From an uncultured delta proteobacterium (GTDB taxonomy: Bacteria; Myxococcota_A; Polyangia; Polyangiales; Polyangiaceae), in the NCBI GenBank assembly GCA_963850305.1, contig CAWKKR010000002.1, positions 64,001 to 128,000 of the forward strand: a DNA stretch of 64,000 nucleotides, read 5' to 3'. Positions 30,500 to 40,341 of the stretch are shown here, piece after piece (position 1 is the first letter of the stretch; each line of letters starts with the position of its first letter). The notes below the pieces were generated by a model that was not told the DNA's origin, did no database searches, and was given only the letters and a program-made list of their open reading frames with translations. The position numbers and the translations under genes were made by a program.

Positions 30500-33400
30500 A
30501 TGAGGCGGATCGCGGTCGGTCTCCTCGGCGCATTGGTTTGGGTGCTCGCCGAGCTTCTGTTCGTGGCGGCCCGTCATCGGGCGGAGCTCACGTCCGGGTG
30601 GGAACTCGGGATGGGCACATTGTGGCTCGCGCCCTGTGCGCTGTTACTGGCAACCCCCTCAGCGCTCGCGGCAGGATTCATCGCCGTCGCTCTCGAACGA
30701 CCCTCGAACGGTCGCGCCTTCGTCGTGTGTGCTGCCGCCGCCGCCGCCGCCGCCATTGCGGCTCTCGTTACCACTGGCCGGCACTTCGTGGAACTCGGCC
30801 CTCGCGTGGGCGCCGTGTTGCTCGTCGGTGTCAGCGCCGGAATCGCCGCGTGGGCGGCATTCCCATTCGCTTCCGCGGCGGAGCGACTTCGACCAGCGCG
30901 CTTCGCCCGCATCGCAGTGCTCGTGGCTGTCGCTTTCGAGGCGATGAACGAGAATTTGTTGGTGCGACTTTATCCTGCATTCCATGCGGGCCTTGCCGTC
31001 GCCTCCGTCACACTCGCTGCGCTCGCATCGCTCGTGGTCGCGTCACGCTGGCGCCATTCGAGGTGGGCCTGGCCGGCGCCAGCGCTGGCGCTCGTCGTCC
31101 TCATCGCAGCGGTAGGCCTCGCTTCTCCAGCCGCTGCGCGCCTCGCTCGCTTCGACAATTTCAGACTGTTCGTGGCGGAGCATTCCCCGGTGCTTGCCCC
31201 CGCCGTTCGTCTGGCTGCGATGTTGTCGCCCCCCCCGCCGATGGACGAAACTGGTTCGGAGGGTCCAGCGCCAGCCGTCATGAGTGATGGGGGGCCAGGT
31301 CCATCCTTTGCAGGTCGGGATATCCTGCTCGTCACCATCGACGCGCTCCGGGCCGACCACGTCGGCGCCTACGGTTATGATCGGCCGACGACACCGCACA
31401 TCGACGCGCTTGCCCGCGACTCCCTGGTCTTCGAGCGCGCGTACTGCCCGACCCCGCACACGTCGTACTCCCTGACGTCGCTCATGACCGGAAAGTACAT
31501 GCGCCCGCTCTTGCTCGAAGGCACGGGACGGGATTCCGAGACGCTGGCGACATTCCTTCGCACGTACGGATACAGAACCGCCGCCTTCTACCCACCGGCC
31601 GTATTCTTCATCGATCGAAGCCGGTTCACGCCTTTCGAAGCGAGCCATTTCGGATTCGAATACCGAAAGGTCGAGTTTCTCGAGGGAGAGGGGAGGGTAA
31701 AACAGGTCGCGACCTATTTGTCGCGACTCAAGAATGGGCAACGCTTCTTCCTCTGGGTTCATCTGTTCGGTCCGCACGAGCCCTACGAGGCGCACTCCGA
31801 ACACCCCTTCGGAGATCGCGATATCGATCGCTACGACAGCGAGATTGCGGCTGCGGATGACACCGTCGGTGCGATCGTCGGCGAGGTCCGGGGTATTCGC
31901 CCCGGCGCTGTGGTCATCGTCACCGCCGATCACGGCGAGGAGTTCGGCGATCACGGCGGGCGCTACCACGGCACTTCCGTCTACGAAGAGCAGATCCGTG
32001 TGCCCCTCGTGCTGTCGGCGCCCGGCCTCGTCGCCCCACGGCGGGTCCGTGAAGTCGTGCAAACGATCGATCTTTTGCCCACGGTGCTCGCCGCTCTCGC
32101 GATCCCTCGGAGCCCGAGGATCCGCGGTAGAAATCTCGGGTCGTTGCTCGGCGGCAGTAAGGAGCAGCCAGGGTTTGCCTTTGCGGAAACGGACGACGAC
32201 GAAGTTCTCGCCGAGGGGTCCTACCGGCTCCTGTGCGAGCGAAAGCTCGGCGCATGTCGTCTCTATGACCTCGATCACGATGCAGCGGAGCGGACCGATC
32301 GGTCGTCCATGGAGCCCGAACGGTTCCGCCGGATGCGGACGGAGCTCGGTGCGCTCGCGGCGTCCCAGGGGCGCTTCGAGCGCGAAGGTCTGCGCGCCGA
32401 GACGGGGAAGGGATGGCCCGCTCCCATTCTGCGAGCGATCGCAGGGGACGCCGACGTGGCCCTCGATCTCTCGAGCCTGCTGGACGACTCCGATCGCGAC
32501 ATCCGCAGGAAGGCGGCCGAGCTACTGCTGAAGCTCGATCGCCCGGAGACGATCCCTGCGCTCCGACTCGCGCTCGGCCGCGACGAAGACGCCACGGTTC
32601 GACGCTTCTCGGCGCTGGCGCTGACGCGTCTTGGCGAAGACACGCCGCTCACGCTCGACATCTTGAACGACCCGGAGCTAATCTGGCGTCGCCGGGCCGC
32701 CCTGGCGCTCGCGGAGTCGGGCGACGGGAGGGGACAGGGCGTTCTGGTCGACTGGTGGCAACAGGCGGCCGGCGAGGACCACGAGCTCGCGCTTGAGCTC
32801 CTCGCCGCGTTCGCGAAGATCCGCGCGAAGGACGCGGTGTGGTCGCTCACCCGATGCCTCGGAGACGTTCGCCTTCGCCCGGCCATCGCGCAGACTCTGG
32901 CCAAGATCGGCGACACGACGGCCCGGGGGCCCTTGGTGGCTGCATTCACCAGCGAGCGTTACGAAACGGCGCGCGTCGCGATCGCCGAAGCGCTGGTCGC
33001 CCTCGGTGCCAAGGACGAGCTGGCCAGGCCGCTCGTTCGCTTCCTCGGGGTGCCCGATCCGCTGCCGGGAGGCATTGGCTATGCACTCCGCGCAGGCGTG
33101 CTCGAGTCGGTCGGTGGACCAGATAAGAAGACCCTCGCCGCCATCACGGCCCAGGGCATGATCGGCGTTCGTGTGCGCGTCGTGGTACCGAAGGGCGGAA
33201 ACGGACAGGGCGTTCGCGTGGTGGTCCGGGCGCGTGCCGTCGGAGCACCCGGCCAGGTACGACTCGGGAAGTCCCTGGAGCCTCTGCAGTATGACATCAG
33301 AGGGTATGTCATAAATACCCGGCAAATAAGGACAATTCATGATCACGCGTTCGCATCGGTTACAATTCCAGGGGGTGGGGCGGATACCGAAGTGGCCGCG

Positions 33401-33568
33401 ACCCTGCCAGGAACGCTCGGAGTGCACCCGGGGCAATCAGTGGAGTTGATCTTGTTCGCCGAGCCCAACGTGCATGTCGAGGGGTTGGCAGTGGTGCCCT
33501 TGGCCGATGAGCTGCCACCACCGCCCCCGGAACCCTGGACGCCGGGCGAGGGCGACGATAGCCGCTAG
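30500..33568 (+). CDS. Multi-TM + sulfatase/alkaline-phosphatase-fold + HEAT-repeat protein
   Basis: About 7 N-terminal TM segments; ILLVTIDALRADH, HLFGPHEPY, TADHGE; PBS/HEAT-like repeats follow. Confidence 0.82.
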   Translation: MRRIAVGLLGALVWVLAELLFVAARHRAELTSGWELGMGTLWLAPCALLLATPSALAAGFIAVALERPSNGRAFVVCAAAAAAAAIAALVTTGRHFVELGPRVGAVLLVGVSAGIAAWAAFPFASAAERLRPARFARIAVLVAVAFEAMNENLLVRLYPAFHAGLAVASVTLAALASLVVASRWRHSRWAWPAPALALVVLIAAVGLASPAAARLARFDNFRLFVAEHSPVLAPAVRLAAMLSPPPPMDETGSEGPAPAVMSDGGPGPSFAGRDILLVTIDALRADHVGAYGYDRPTTPHIDALARDSLVFERAYCPTPHTSYSLTSLMTGKYMRPLLLEGTGRDSETLATFLRTYGYRTAAFYPPAVFFIDRSRFTPFEASHFGFEYRKVEFLEGEGRVKQVATYLSRLKNGQRFFLWVHLFGPHEPYEAHSEHPFGDRDIDRYDSEIAAADDTVGAIVGEVRGIRPGAVVIVTADHGEEFGDHGGRYHGTSVYEEQIRVPLVLSAPGLVAPRRVREVVQTIDLLPTVLAALAIPRSPRIRGRNLGSLLGGSKEQPGFAFAETDDDEVLAEGSYRLLCERKLGACRLYDLDHDAAERTDRSSMEPERFRRMRTELGALAASQGRFEREGLRAETGKGWPAPILRAIAGDADVALDLSSLLDDSDRDIRRKAAELLLKLDRPETIPALRLALGRDEDATVRRFSALALTRLGEDTPLTLDILNDPELIWRRRAALALAESGDGRGQGVLVDWWQQAAGEDHELALELLAAFAKIRAKDAVWSLTRCLGDVRLRPAIAQTLAKIGDTTARGPLVAAFTSERYETARVAIAEALVALGAKDELARPLVRFLGVPDPLPGGIGYALRAGVLESVGGPDKKTLAAITAQGMIGVRVRVVVPKGGNGQGVRVVVRARAVGAPGQVRLGKSLEPLQYDIRGYVINTRQIRTIHDHAFASVTIPGGGADTEVAATLPGTLGVHPGQSVELILFAEPNVHVEGLAVVPLADELPPPPPEPWTPGEGDDSR

Positions 33569-33598
33569 ACTCCGGTCAGGATGGTATAGAGGGCGCCC

Positions 33599-34663
33599 GT
33601 GCCGGACAACGACACTAAGGATGAAACCCGCAGCCCCGAGGACGCGCGCCCTCCGGCGCAAGAAGCAGCGGCCGTACCCGAGAACCGTCGTGCCCGTCGA
33701 GCCGCGGCGGCAACATCGAAGAAGCAGGGCGGGCGTCGCCGCCCGCCTCCGCGACCGCCGCAGCACGACGGCCTCGGCATCGGTGCTGGAGAGATGGTGG
33801 ATGATGCCCTGTCGCGCGCCGCGGATGGGTCGGCGCGGTGGGTCAAAGACCATTTCAACATCGTGCAGTGGCTGGTCGTTCTCGCGATCGGCGGGTGGAT
33901 CGGGTGGGAAATTTACTCCTGGCGTGCAGACAAGATCGCCGTGAAGGTATCGGATGACCTTTCCGCCGCCGTGGCTGCCCAGATGGGTCGACTCGGTTCG
34001 CCCGACGATGAAGGAAAAGTCGATGCGAATGGCATCATAGAGGCGCGCCGAATTTTTGCGACGAACGCAGACCGGCTGCAAGCGGCGGGAGACGCTTATC
34101 GGCAGGTCTCGACCGAATACCCGCGAACCGTCGCTGGTGATCTGGCGAGGATGGGGCTCGCGGGTGTCCTCTATGATCAGGGCAAGTTCGACGACGCGAA
34201 GAAGCTGTTCGACGAGGTTGCGAATGGCGCGCTCGCCAAGAAAAATCCCGAAGCAAGAGGGCGAAGCCTCGAAGGAAGTGGGCTTTGCCTCGAGCAAAAA
34301 GGCGATCGCGACGGGGCGCTGAAGAAGTACGGGGAGCTGGAGAACGCCGAGATCCCGGGGTTTGGTGAACTCGCCCTGTATGATCAGGCTCGGTTGCTCC
34401 ACGAGAAAGGGGACGACGCCGGCGCGAAAGAACGCCTGAAGAAAGTCGTCGAAAGACTGGGCAAGGAAAGTAACGGACCGGAGGGGCTCCAAGGACAACC
34501 GTCCTACCTGGCGGAGGCCGCGCGAACGTTGCTTTTGCGGATCGATCCATCGGCCGTTCCGTCGGAGTCATCGGAGGACGCGCTTCGTCGAGCGCTGGAG
34601 GAATTCCAAAAGAAGCTGCCCCCGGGCGTGAAAAGCATGCCCGCCACGCCCGCGGCGCCATGA
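33599..34663 (+). CDS. YfgM-like membrane-anchored TPR protein
   Basis: Single TM (WLVVLAIGGWIGWEIY) followed by TPR helices; directly upstream of a BamB-like gene. Confidence 0.7.
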   Translation: MPDNDTKDETRSPEDARPPAQEAAAVPENRRARRAAAATSKKQGGRRRPPPRPPQHDGLGIGAGEMVDDALSRAADGSARWVKDHFNIVQWLVVLAIGGWIGWEIYSWRADKIAVKVSDDLSAAVAAQMGRLGSPDDEGKVDANGIIEARRIFATNADRLQAAGDAYRQVSTEYPRTVAGDLARMGLAGVLYDQGKFDDAKKLFDEVANGALAKKNPEARGRSLEGSGLCLEQKGDRDGALKKYGELENAEIPGFGELALYDQARLLHEKGDDAGAKERLKKVVERLGKESNGPEGLQGQPSYLAEAARTLLLRIDPSAVPSESSEDALRRALEEFQKKLPPGVKSMPATPAAP

Positions 34664-35913
34664 AGGACAGGTGGAGAGCGTGGTGCGCGCCGATAGGCGC
34701 CGTGCTGCTCGGAGCACTCGCGGCATGCGGTTCATTGCGCGCGTCCGCCAATCCGGAGCTCCCGACGTGGATACATCGTCCGAGCTGGTCCATCACGATG
34801 GCGTATTCCGAGCGTCTGAACGCCGCGTCGCGCGAGGAGACCGAGGCTTACGAACGCGGCCGGCCCGATCTCGACGTCGCGCACCGTCGGGTATTCGTGG
34901 GCTCGAGCGACCACGGTCTTTACGCCGTCCGGGCCGACGACGGCTCCGTCATCTGGCGCTTCGAGACGATGGGCGTCGTGCAGTGTGAGACGCTCTACGA
35001 TCCCGGCGAGGACGTTGTGTACTTCGGCTCGAACGATGGCGCGCTCTACAAGGTGCGCGCGGCCGATGGCAGTCTCCTGTGGCGCTTCTCGACGAACGCC
35101 GAGGTTGCTCGACGTCCCGTCATCGTTGGCGCGACCGTCTACGTCGTGAACGCGAACGATACCGTCATCGCTTTGAATCGAGAGACGGGCGCGCTTCGAT
35201 GGAGCCAGCATCGAGCACCGGCGCTCGGGATGGAGGTGGCGGGGTATGCGGGCCCGCTGGTGTGGAGGGGGCTCGTCTATGCTGGTTTCAGCGACGGTAA
35301 CGTGACGGCATACGACGCCGAGACCGGCGCTGAACGCTGGCAGCCGATCGACCTCTCGGCGGAAGCCGAAGAGGCCCTCGGTGACGTGCCGAAGTACCTC
35401 GATGTGGACACGACGCCCATCGCCGACGTCATCGACGAGAGTCCTGTCGTGTTCGTGGGTAGCTATGACGGCGGGGTGTACGCCCTCGATGCCGATAGCG
35501 GGAGCAAGGTCTGGGGCCGGTCGGAGGTCACTGGCGTGAGCGATCTGGTTCTCTGGCGCGAAGCCGCCCATGCGCCGCGTGATGGGGGCCCGCTCGTGCC
35601 CGCCCGCAATCTCCTGCTCGCATCCGCCGGCACCACCGGCCTGTGGGCTCTCGATCCGCGAACCGGCGAGGACGTCTGGCACCGGCCGCTCCCGGATGGT
35701 GGCGTATCTGCCCCGGTCCCGATCGCGGGCGCGTTGCTGGTCACCACGACGCTCCATGGTCTTTTTCTGGTGTCGCCGCTCGATGGCAGCGTCATCGATG
35801 GCATTCACACAGGTGCTGGTTTCTCGATGGCACCGGCAGCTTACGGTCTTCGCGCGTTCGTCCTGAGCAACACGGGCAACCTGATGTCCTTGCACATCAC
35901 GCCGCCGGCCTGA
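34660..35913 (+). CDS. PQQ-type beta-propeller lipoprotein (BamB-like)
   Basis: Lipobox LAA|C; repeated A.D..TG...W propeller motifs; ATGA overlap with the upstream gene. Confidence 0.8.
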   Translation: MKDRWRAWCAPIGAVLLGALAACGSLRASANPELPTWIHRPSWSITMAYSERLNAASREETEAYERGRPDLDVAHRRVFVGSSDHGLYAVRADDGSVIWRFETMGVVQCETLYDPGEDVVYFGSNDGALYKVRAADGSLLWRFSTNAEVARRPVIVGATVYVVNANDTVIALNRETGALRWSQHRAPALGMEVAGYAGPLVWRGLVYAGFSDGNVTAYDAETGAERWQPIDLSAEAEEALGDVPKYLDVDTTPIADVIDESPVVFVGSYDGGVYALDADSGSKVWGRSEVTGVSDLVLWREAAHAPRDGGPLVPARNLLLASAGTTGLWALDPRTGEDVWHRPLPDGGVSAPVPIAGALLVTTTLHGLFLVSPLDGSVIDGIHTGAGFSMAPAAYGLRAFVLSNTGNLMSLHITPPA

Positions 35914-35988
35914 CTCGCTCGGCCCGGCTGGATTCGTGACGAAGTTCGACCACGATCCCGACGGGCACATTTGTTCGCATAAGATGTA

Positions 35989-36717
35989 TTATGTTAACTG
36001 AGCGATGATGTTCCTCGCTGCGACCTTCCGGTCCGGCGCGTTCCGGATCGGTCGACCGACGACAATGTAATCCGCGCCGAGCCGGATCGCCTCCGCGGGC
36101 GTGCAGGAGCGCTTGTGGTCGTCGCTGGGTGAACCCGCTGGGCGAATCCCGGGACTCACCAGAACGGCATCCGGATGCAGTCGACGCAACAGCGCGATCT
36201 CCGGACCCGAGACGATGAAGCCGTCCGCGCCGGCCGTTCTGGCATGGGCGCTCGTTCGCTCGAGGAACTCTTCGAGGCTCGGCGCGGGCCCGCCGTGGAG
36301 CCCGACGAGGTCCGAACAATCCATGCTGGATAGAAGCGGGACGAAGAGCAGCTTGGGCCCCGGTCGGTCTCCTCTGCCCTCGACGGCACTCTGGATCGTC
36401 ATCGGCGTCACGCCGTTGCTGAGCGTCAGGAACGTCACACCGATTTCGGCGGCTAGGTCGACGACTCGGCGCACCGTTTCCGGAATGTCATTCGGGAGCT
36501 TCAGGTCGACGAACAGGCGCTTGCCGTGGGCCAGCCGTCGCAGCAGCGTCTCCATGCCCCCCGTCATCAGTAATTCGAGGCCGACCTTGTAAAAGGACAC
36601 GACTCCCTCGAGCTCATTCACGAGTTCGAGGGCCGCTTCCGGCGACGGGACATCCAGCGCGACGATCAGCCGGTCGCTAGGGTTCGCCTCTCGTGGGATA
36701 CGCACGCTCATGGCCAT
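35989..36717 (-). CDS. pyrF: Orotidine 5'-phosphate decarboxylase
   Basis: LIVALD, YKVGLEL, DLKLPNDIP, SPGIR, GADYIVVGRPI motifs. Confidence 0.88.
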   Translation of the reverse strand: MAMSVRIPREANPSDRLIVALDVPSPEAALELVNELEGVVSFYKVGLELLMTGGMETLLRRLAHGKRLFVDLKLPNDIPETVRRVVDLAAEIGVTFLTLSNGVTPMTIQSAVEGRGDRPGPKLLFVPLLSSMDCSDLVGLHGGPAPSLEEFLERTSAHARTAGADGFIVSGPEIALLRRLHPDAVLVSPGIRPAGSPSDDHKRSCTPAEAIRLGADYIVVGRPIRNAPDRKVAARNIIAQLT

Positions 36718-36760
36718 TCCTCTGCCCGCGTATTTGACTCAGGACAGCGCGTCAAGCGTC

Positions 36761-37528
36761 CTAGAGCACGAATTGATCGCCGAGGGCCGTCACCGTCAGG
36801 TTCACGCCTTTGAGTCGTGCGCACTCGCGTTCGACCTCGCCCTGAAAGACGGGCTTGATGTGATAGAGGAGCGTCGGCAAATCCTGAGGTTTGCGGTACT
36901 TCTTGAGATCCTTCAGGAGCGTTCGTGGTGTGTGGTGGCCGCTCACGGTGGCAAGGCCCTGCTCGCGGTTGGGGAAGCTCACTTCCATGAGCAGCGCCCT
37001 CAGGTTGGCTTCGGCGCCGAGGGCCTTCCAGAGTCGATCGGTTGGGCCGGTGTCGCCGCTATAGCCGAGAGTGGCGTCCTTGCCGCGTACGATGAACCCG
37101 GATGAGTCGATCGTGTGCGCGACGGGAATGGCCGTAACCTCGTACCCCGCCACGTCGATCATGACTTCCGGCTTGAGCTCGACGAAGCGAATCGTCGGTC
37201 CCTCGCCGGTCTGGATGGCCGAAAAATCAGGCCAGATCTTGTTGTTGAAGAAGTGCTTCTTGAGGACCGAAATCGTTGGCTTCGTCGCGGCGACGATCAA
37301 CGGCTCGCAGGCGGCCTGGCAGCGGTTGTCGGCGATCGTTGCGAGGTCGCGGATGTGATCCAGGTGCGCGTGGCTCACCACGCATGCTGCGAGTCGAAAC
37401 TGGGCCTTCAAGTCCATACCGCTGGTCAGCGCGCCAGCGTCGATGGCCAGCCGATCATCCACGACGAACGAGCTCGTCCGATGCTTGGGCGTCTCCCCTC
37501 CGTGGCAGCCTATGACGCGAAGCTCCAT
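36761..37528 (-). CDS. Class II 3',5'-cyclic nucleotide phosphodiesterase (metallo-beta-lactamase fold)
   Basis: GCHGG, SHAHLDH, HFFNNKIWPDF, YSGDTG, EVSFPN motifs. Confidence 0.85.
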   Translation of the reverse strand: MELRVIGCHGGETPKHRTSSFVVDDRLAIDAGALTSGMDLKAQFRLAACVVSHAHLDHIRDLATIADNRCQAACEPLIVAATKPTISVLKKHFFNNKIWPDFSAIQTGEGPTIRFVELKPEVMIDVAGYEVTAIPVAHTIDSSGFIVRGKDATLGYSGDTGPTDRLWKALGAEANLRALLMEVSFPNREQGLATVSGHHTPRTLLKDLKKYRKPQDLPTLLYHIKPVFQGEVERECARLKGVNLTVTALGDQFVL

Positions 37529-37602
37529 CTAAAGCGAAGACCAGGATTGCGAGCCGGCGCGTCGACGCAAACCGCAGGCCGAAACCCGTGTCTTTCGCGA
37601 GG

Positions 37603-37632
37603 AGTGTATCGCGGCAACTCTCGACTGGTCAA
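37603..37632 (-). promoter_or_regulatory. Sigma-70-like promoter for the phosphodiesterase-pyrF pair
   Basis: TTGACC-N18-TACACT on the minus strand. Confidence 0.45.
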
Positions 37633-37651
37633 AGACCCGCATCCCGCGGCG

Positions 37652-39361
37652 TCAATCCATCGGGAAGTCGTCCATGCCGCCCATGCCGCCCATGCCACCC
37701 ATGCCGCCCATCCCGCCCATGCCACCCATGCCGCCCATCCCGCCCATGCCGCCCATCCCGGGAGCTCCGCCGCCGGCGGCCGCCTTCTCCGGATGCTCCG
37801 ACACGATTGCCTCCGTGGTGAGTAGTAAGCCCGCGACGCTCGCCGCGTTCTCCAGAGCTGTCCTTACGACCTTCACGGGATCGATGATGCCTGCGTCCAC
37901 CAGATCACAATAGGCGTCCGCGCGTGCGTCGTAGCCGTAGGCCCCCTTGCCTGCGCGAACCTGCTCCACGACGACCCGGGGTTCCGCTCCCCCGTTTGCA
38001 GCGATGTGGTGCAGCGGCGCTTCGCAGGCGCGCATCAGCAGGTGGGCTCCCACGAGCTCGTCGTGATTCAATCCGCTCAGGGATTCGACCGCTTTTGACG
38101 CGCGCAGCAGCGCGACACCTCCGCCCGCGACGTACCCCTCCTCGACCGCGGCGCGAGTCGCCGCCAGTGCGTCCTCGAACCGCATCTTGCGCTCCTTCAT
38201 TTCCGGCTCCGTGTGCGCACCCACGCGGATGACCGCCACGCCGCCGCTGAGCTTCGCCAGCCGCTCCTCGAGTTTTTCGCGATCGTAATCGCTCGTCGTG
38301 TCGTCGATCTGTCGGCGGATGAGCTGAATCCTGCCCTTGATAGCGTCCTTCTTGCCCGCGCCATCGACGACAGTGGTGTGATCCTTCGTCATCGAGACCC
38401 GGCCCGCCCGCCCGAGATCCGCGAGCACTGCGGACTCCAGATTGCGTCCGAGTTCCTCCGTGAAGACCGTCGCGCCCGTCAGGACGGCGATGTCCTTGAG
38501 CATCTCTTTCCGGCGATCGCCGAACGCGGGGGCCTTGGCTGCGGCGACTTTGAGGACCCCGCGCAATTTGTTGACGACCAGCGTAGCCAATGCCTCGCCC
38601 TCGATCTCTTCGGCGATGACGAGAAGCGAAGCCCCTGCCTTGCTCACGGCTTCCAGCACCGGAACCAGGTCGTGGAGGGCCGTAATCTTCTTCTCGGTGA
38701 GGAGGATGTAGGGGCTCTCGAGCTCGGTGGTGAGATCCTTCTGATCCGTCACGAAGTAGGGCGAAGCGTAGCCCCGGTCGAACTGCATTCCCTCGACCAC
38801 TTCGACCTCGGTCGTCGTTCCCTTTGCTTCCTCAATGGTGATCACACCGTCGCGAGTGACCTTTTCCATCGCCTCGGAGAGCATTTTGCCGATCGACTCG
38901 TCGCCGTTCGCGCTGATAGTCGCGATTCGTTCGATGTCTCGCGCGTCTTTCGCTTTCTTGGCCTGCTTCTTCAGGGCCTCCACGACGGCGCCGGTGGCGC
39001 GATCAATCCCGCGCTTGACGTCCATGGATGACACCCCAGCCTCGACCAGGCCGAGCCCGGCCGAATAGATGGCCTGGGCCAGCACGGTTGCCGTCGTCGT
39101 CCCATCGCCCGTCTCGTCGTTCGTCCGGGAAGCGACCTCCTTGACCATCTGTGCGCCGATGTTTTCTGCTTTTCCTTCGAGCTCGATCTGTTTCGCGACC
39201 GTCACGCCATCCTTCGTGATGGTCGGTGCGCCCCACCCTTTTTCAAGCCCGACATTGCGCCCTTTTGGTCCCAGCGTCACACGCACCACGTTCGCAAGCG
39301 CGTCGACGCCTCGCTTTAGGGACTTTCGTGCATGACGCTCGTAGGAAATGTCTTTGCTCAT
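37652..39361 (-). CDS. groEL: Chaperonin GroEL
   Basis: [29 protein letters not shown] motifs and a GGM tail. Confidence 0.96.
   Translation of the reverse strand: MSKDISYERHARKSLKRGVDALANVVRVTLGPKGRNVGLEKGWGAPTITKDGVTVAKQIELEGKAENIGAQMVKEVASRTNDETGDGTTTATVLAQAIYSAGLGLVEAGVSSMDVKRGIDRATGAVVEALKKQAKKAKDARDIERIATISANGDESIGKMLSEAMEKVTRDGVITIEEAKGTTTEVEVVEGMQFDRGYASPYFVTDQKDLTTELESPYILLTEKKITALHDLVPVLEAVSKAGASLLVIAEEIEGEALATLVVNKLRGVLKVAAAKAPAFGDRRKEMLKDIAVLTGATVFTEELGRNLESAVLADLGRAGRVSMTKDHTTVVDGAGKKDAIKGRIQLIRRQIDDTTSDYDREKLEERLAKLSGGVAVIRVGAHTEPEMKERKMRFEDALAATRAAVEEGYVAGGGVALLRASKAVESLSGLNHDELVGAHLLMRACEAPLHHIAANGGAEPRVVVEQVRAGKGAYGYDARADAYCDLVDAGIIDPVKVVRTALENAASVAGLLLTTEAIVSEHPEKAAAGGGAPGMGGMGGMGGMGGMGGMGGMGGMGGMGGMDDFPMD
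37673..37762 (-). repeat. 9-bp tandem repeat encoding the GroEL (GGM)n tail
   Basis: About 10 units of catgccgcc/catcccgcc/catgccacc. Confidence 0.9.
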
Positions 39362-39432
39362 CGCGAGAACCTTCCCCGCAGGAAACGCGGGCTAGTGAAT
39401 GACTTCGGAGCTAGGCACGCCCCGCCGGCCGC

Positions 39433-39460
39433 ACGATAAGACGCCCGTCGACCTGGTCAA
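39433..39460 (-). promoter_or_regulatory. Sigma-70-like promoter of groEL
   Basis: TTGACC-N16-TATCGT on the minus strand; no CIRCE element seen. Confidence 0.45.
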
Positions 39461-39579
39461 GGCCTAGCAGCCCTCGCGTTCCTCGTTTCCCAGCGAAAGT
39501 CCGGACTTGAAGGATTCCCGCTTTGCGACTACCACTTCCCGTCCCGGCATGCCCCCCCGGTCCGGAAGCCTTTGAATCT

Positions 39580-39650
39580 TGGGGGATCGTCTAACGGCAG
39601 GACGCAAGATTCTGGTTCTTGCTATCTAGGTTCGAATCCTAGTCCCCCAG
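39580..39650 (+). tRNA. tRNA-Gln(CTG)
   Basis: Acceptor stem TGGGGGA/TCCCCCA; anticodon arm CAAGA-TTCTGGT-TCTTG; T-arm CTAGG-TTCGAAT-CCTAG; CCA not encoded. Confidence 0.95.
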
Positions 39651-39706
39651 CAAAACGTCTCAGTCATCGTAGAAAGCCGACCACGCGCCGGTCGGATCGT
39701 TCCGTG

Positions 39707-39781
39707 GGCCCCATCGTCTAGCGGTTAGGACATCGGCCTCTCACGCCGGTAACGCGGGTTCGATTCCCGCTGGGGTCGCCA
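39707..39781 (+). tRNA. tRNA-Glu(CTC)
   Basis: Acceptor stem GGCCCCA/TGGGGTC; anticodon loop CTCTCAC; T-loop TTCGATT; ends in CCA. Confidence 0.95.
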
Positions 39782-40170
39782 AAAACGCCTTGTTTTTGGC
39801 TGAATCGTGAGAAGAAATATCGCCCCGGGCGATTCGGGGCGCTTCCTCCCCGAGGTCGGGGGGCAGCGGAGGAAGGGGAGCGCCGATGCGGCGCGCCTCC
39901 ACGCGCCCTGTGTCGATGTAGCCCTGCGTCGCCTTGAATTCGGTGTGCCCTCCCGCCCACTGGATGGCGATCGGCGAGTCGCCTCTCACGGCCATGTGCG
40001 TGAGACCGGTATCCCGTAGGTCGTGGAAGACCAGCGCGCGGCGCAGAGCAGAGGGTCGCCCTCGATGTGAAGCGCCTTGCGGGTGACGCCCACGTGGACG
40101 AGATCGCGGCCGAGTAACTCCGGACGATCCTCCGGCGGGGGCATGTGGAGCAGGCGGCCCCCCTTCCCTT
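39741..40170 (-). pseudogene. Tyrosine integrase, C-terminal remnant
   Basis: FHDLRDTG...GGH....TQGY catalytic motifs; frameshifted upstream part (RLLHMPPPEDRPELLGRDL); N-terminal half missing. Confidence 0.8.
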
Positions 40171-40341
40171 GCAGAGCGCGCCTTCGTGTAAACGGCTACG
40201 GCGTAGACTTGCCGGCGGTAGAGCGGCACGGGCTTAGCGCCTGCCTCGGCCGGTGCGCCGCGCAGCAACGCGACCAGCTCGTCACTGTAGAGGTTGGCCC
40301 TTCGCGATTGTCCCCTCCGTCGGGGCCGCGCACCTCGCGCC

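Noticed and set aside
37673..37762. Possible CRISPR array or VNTR
   Set aside because: No spacers; it is the coding GGM tail of GroEL. No CRISPR array or cas gene was seen in the window.
39362..39579. groES gene or CIRCE upstream of groEL
   Set aside because: No suitable ORF and no TTAGCACTC-N9-GAGTGCTAA.
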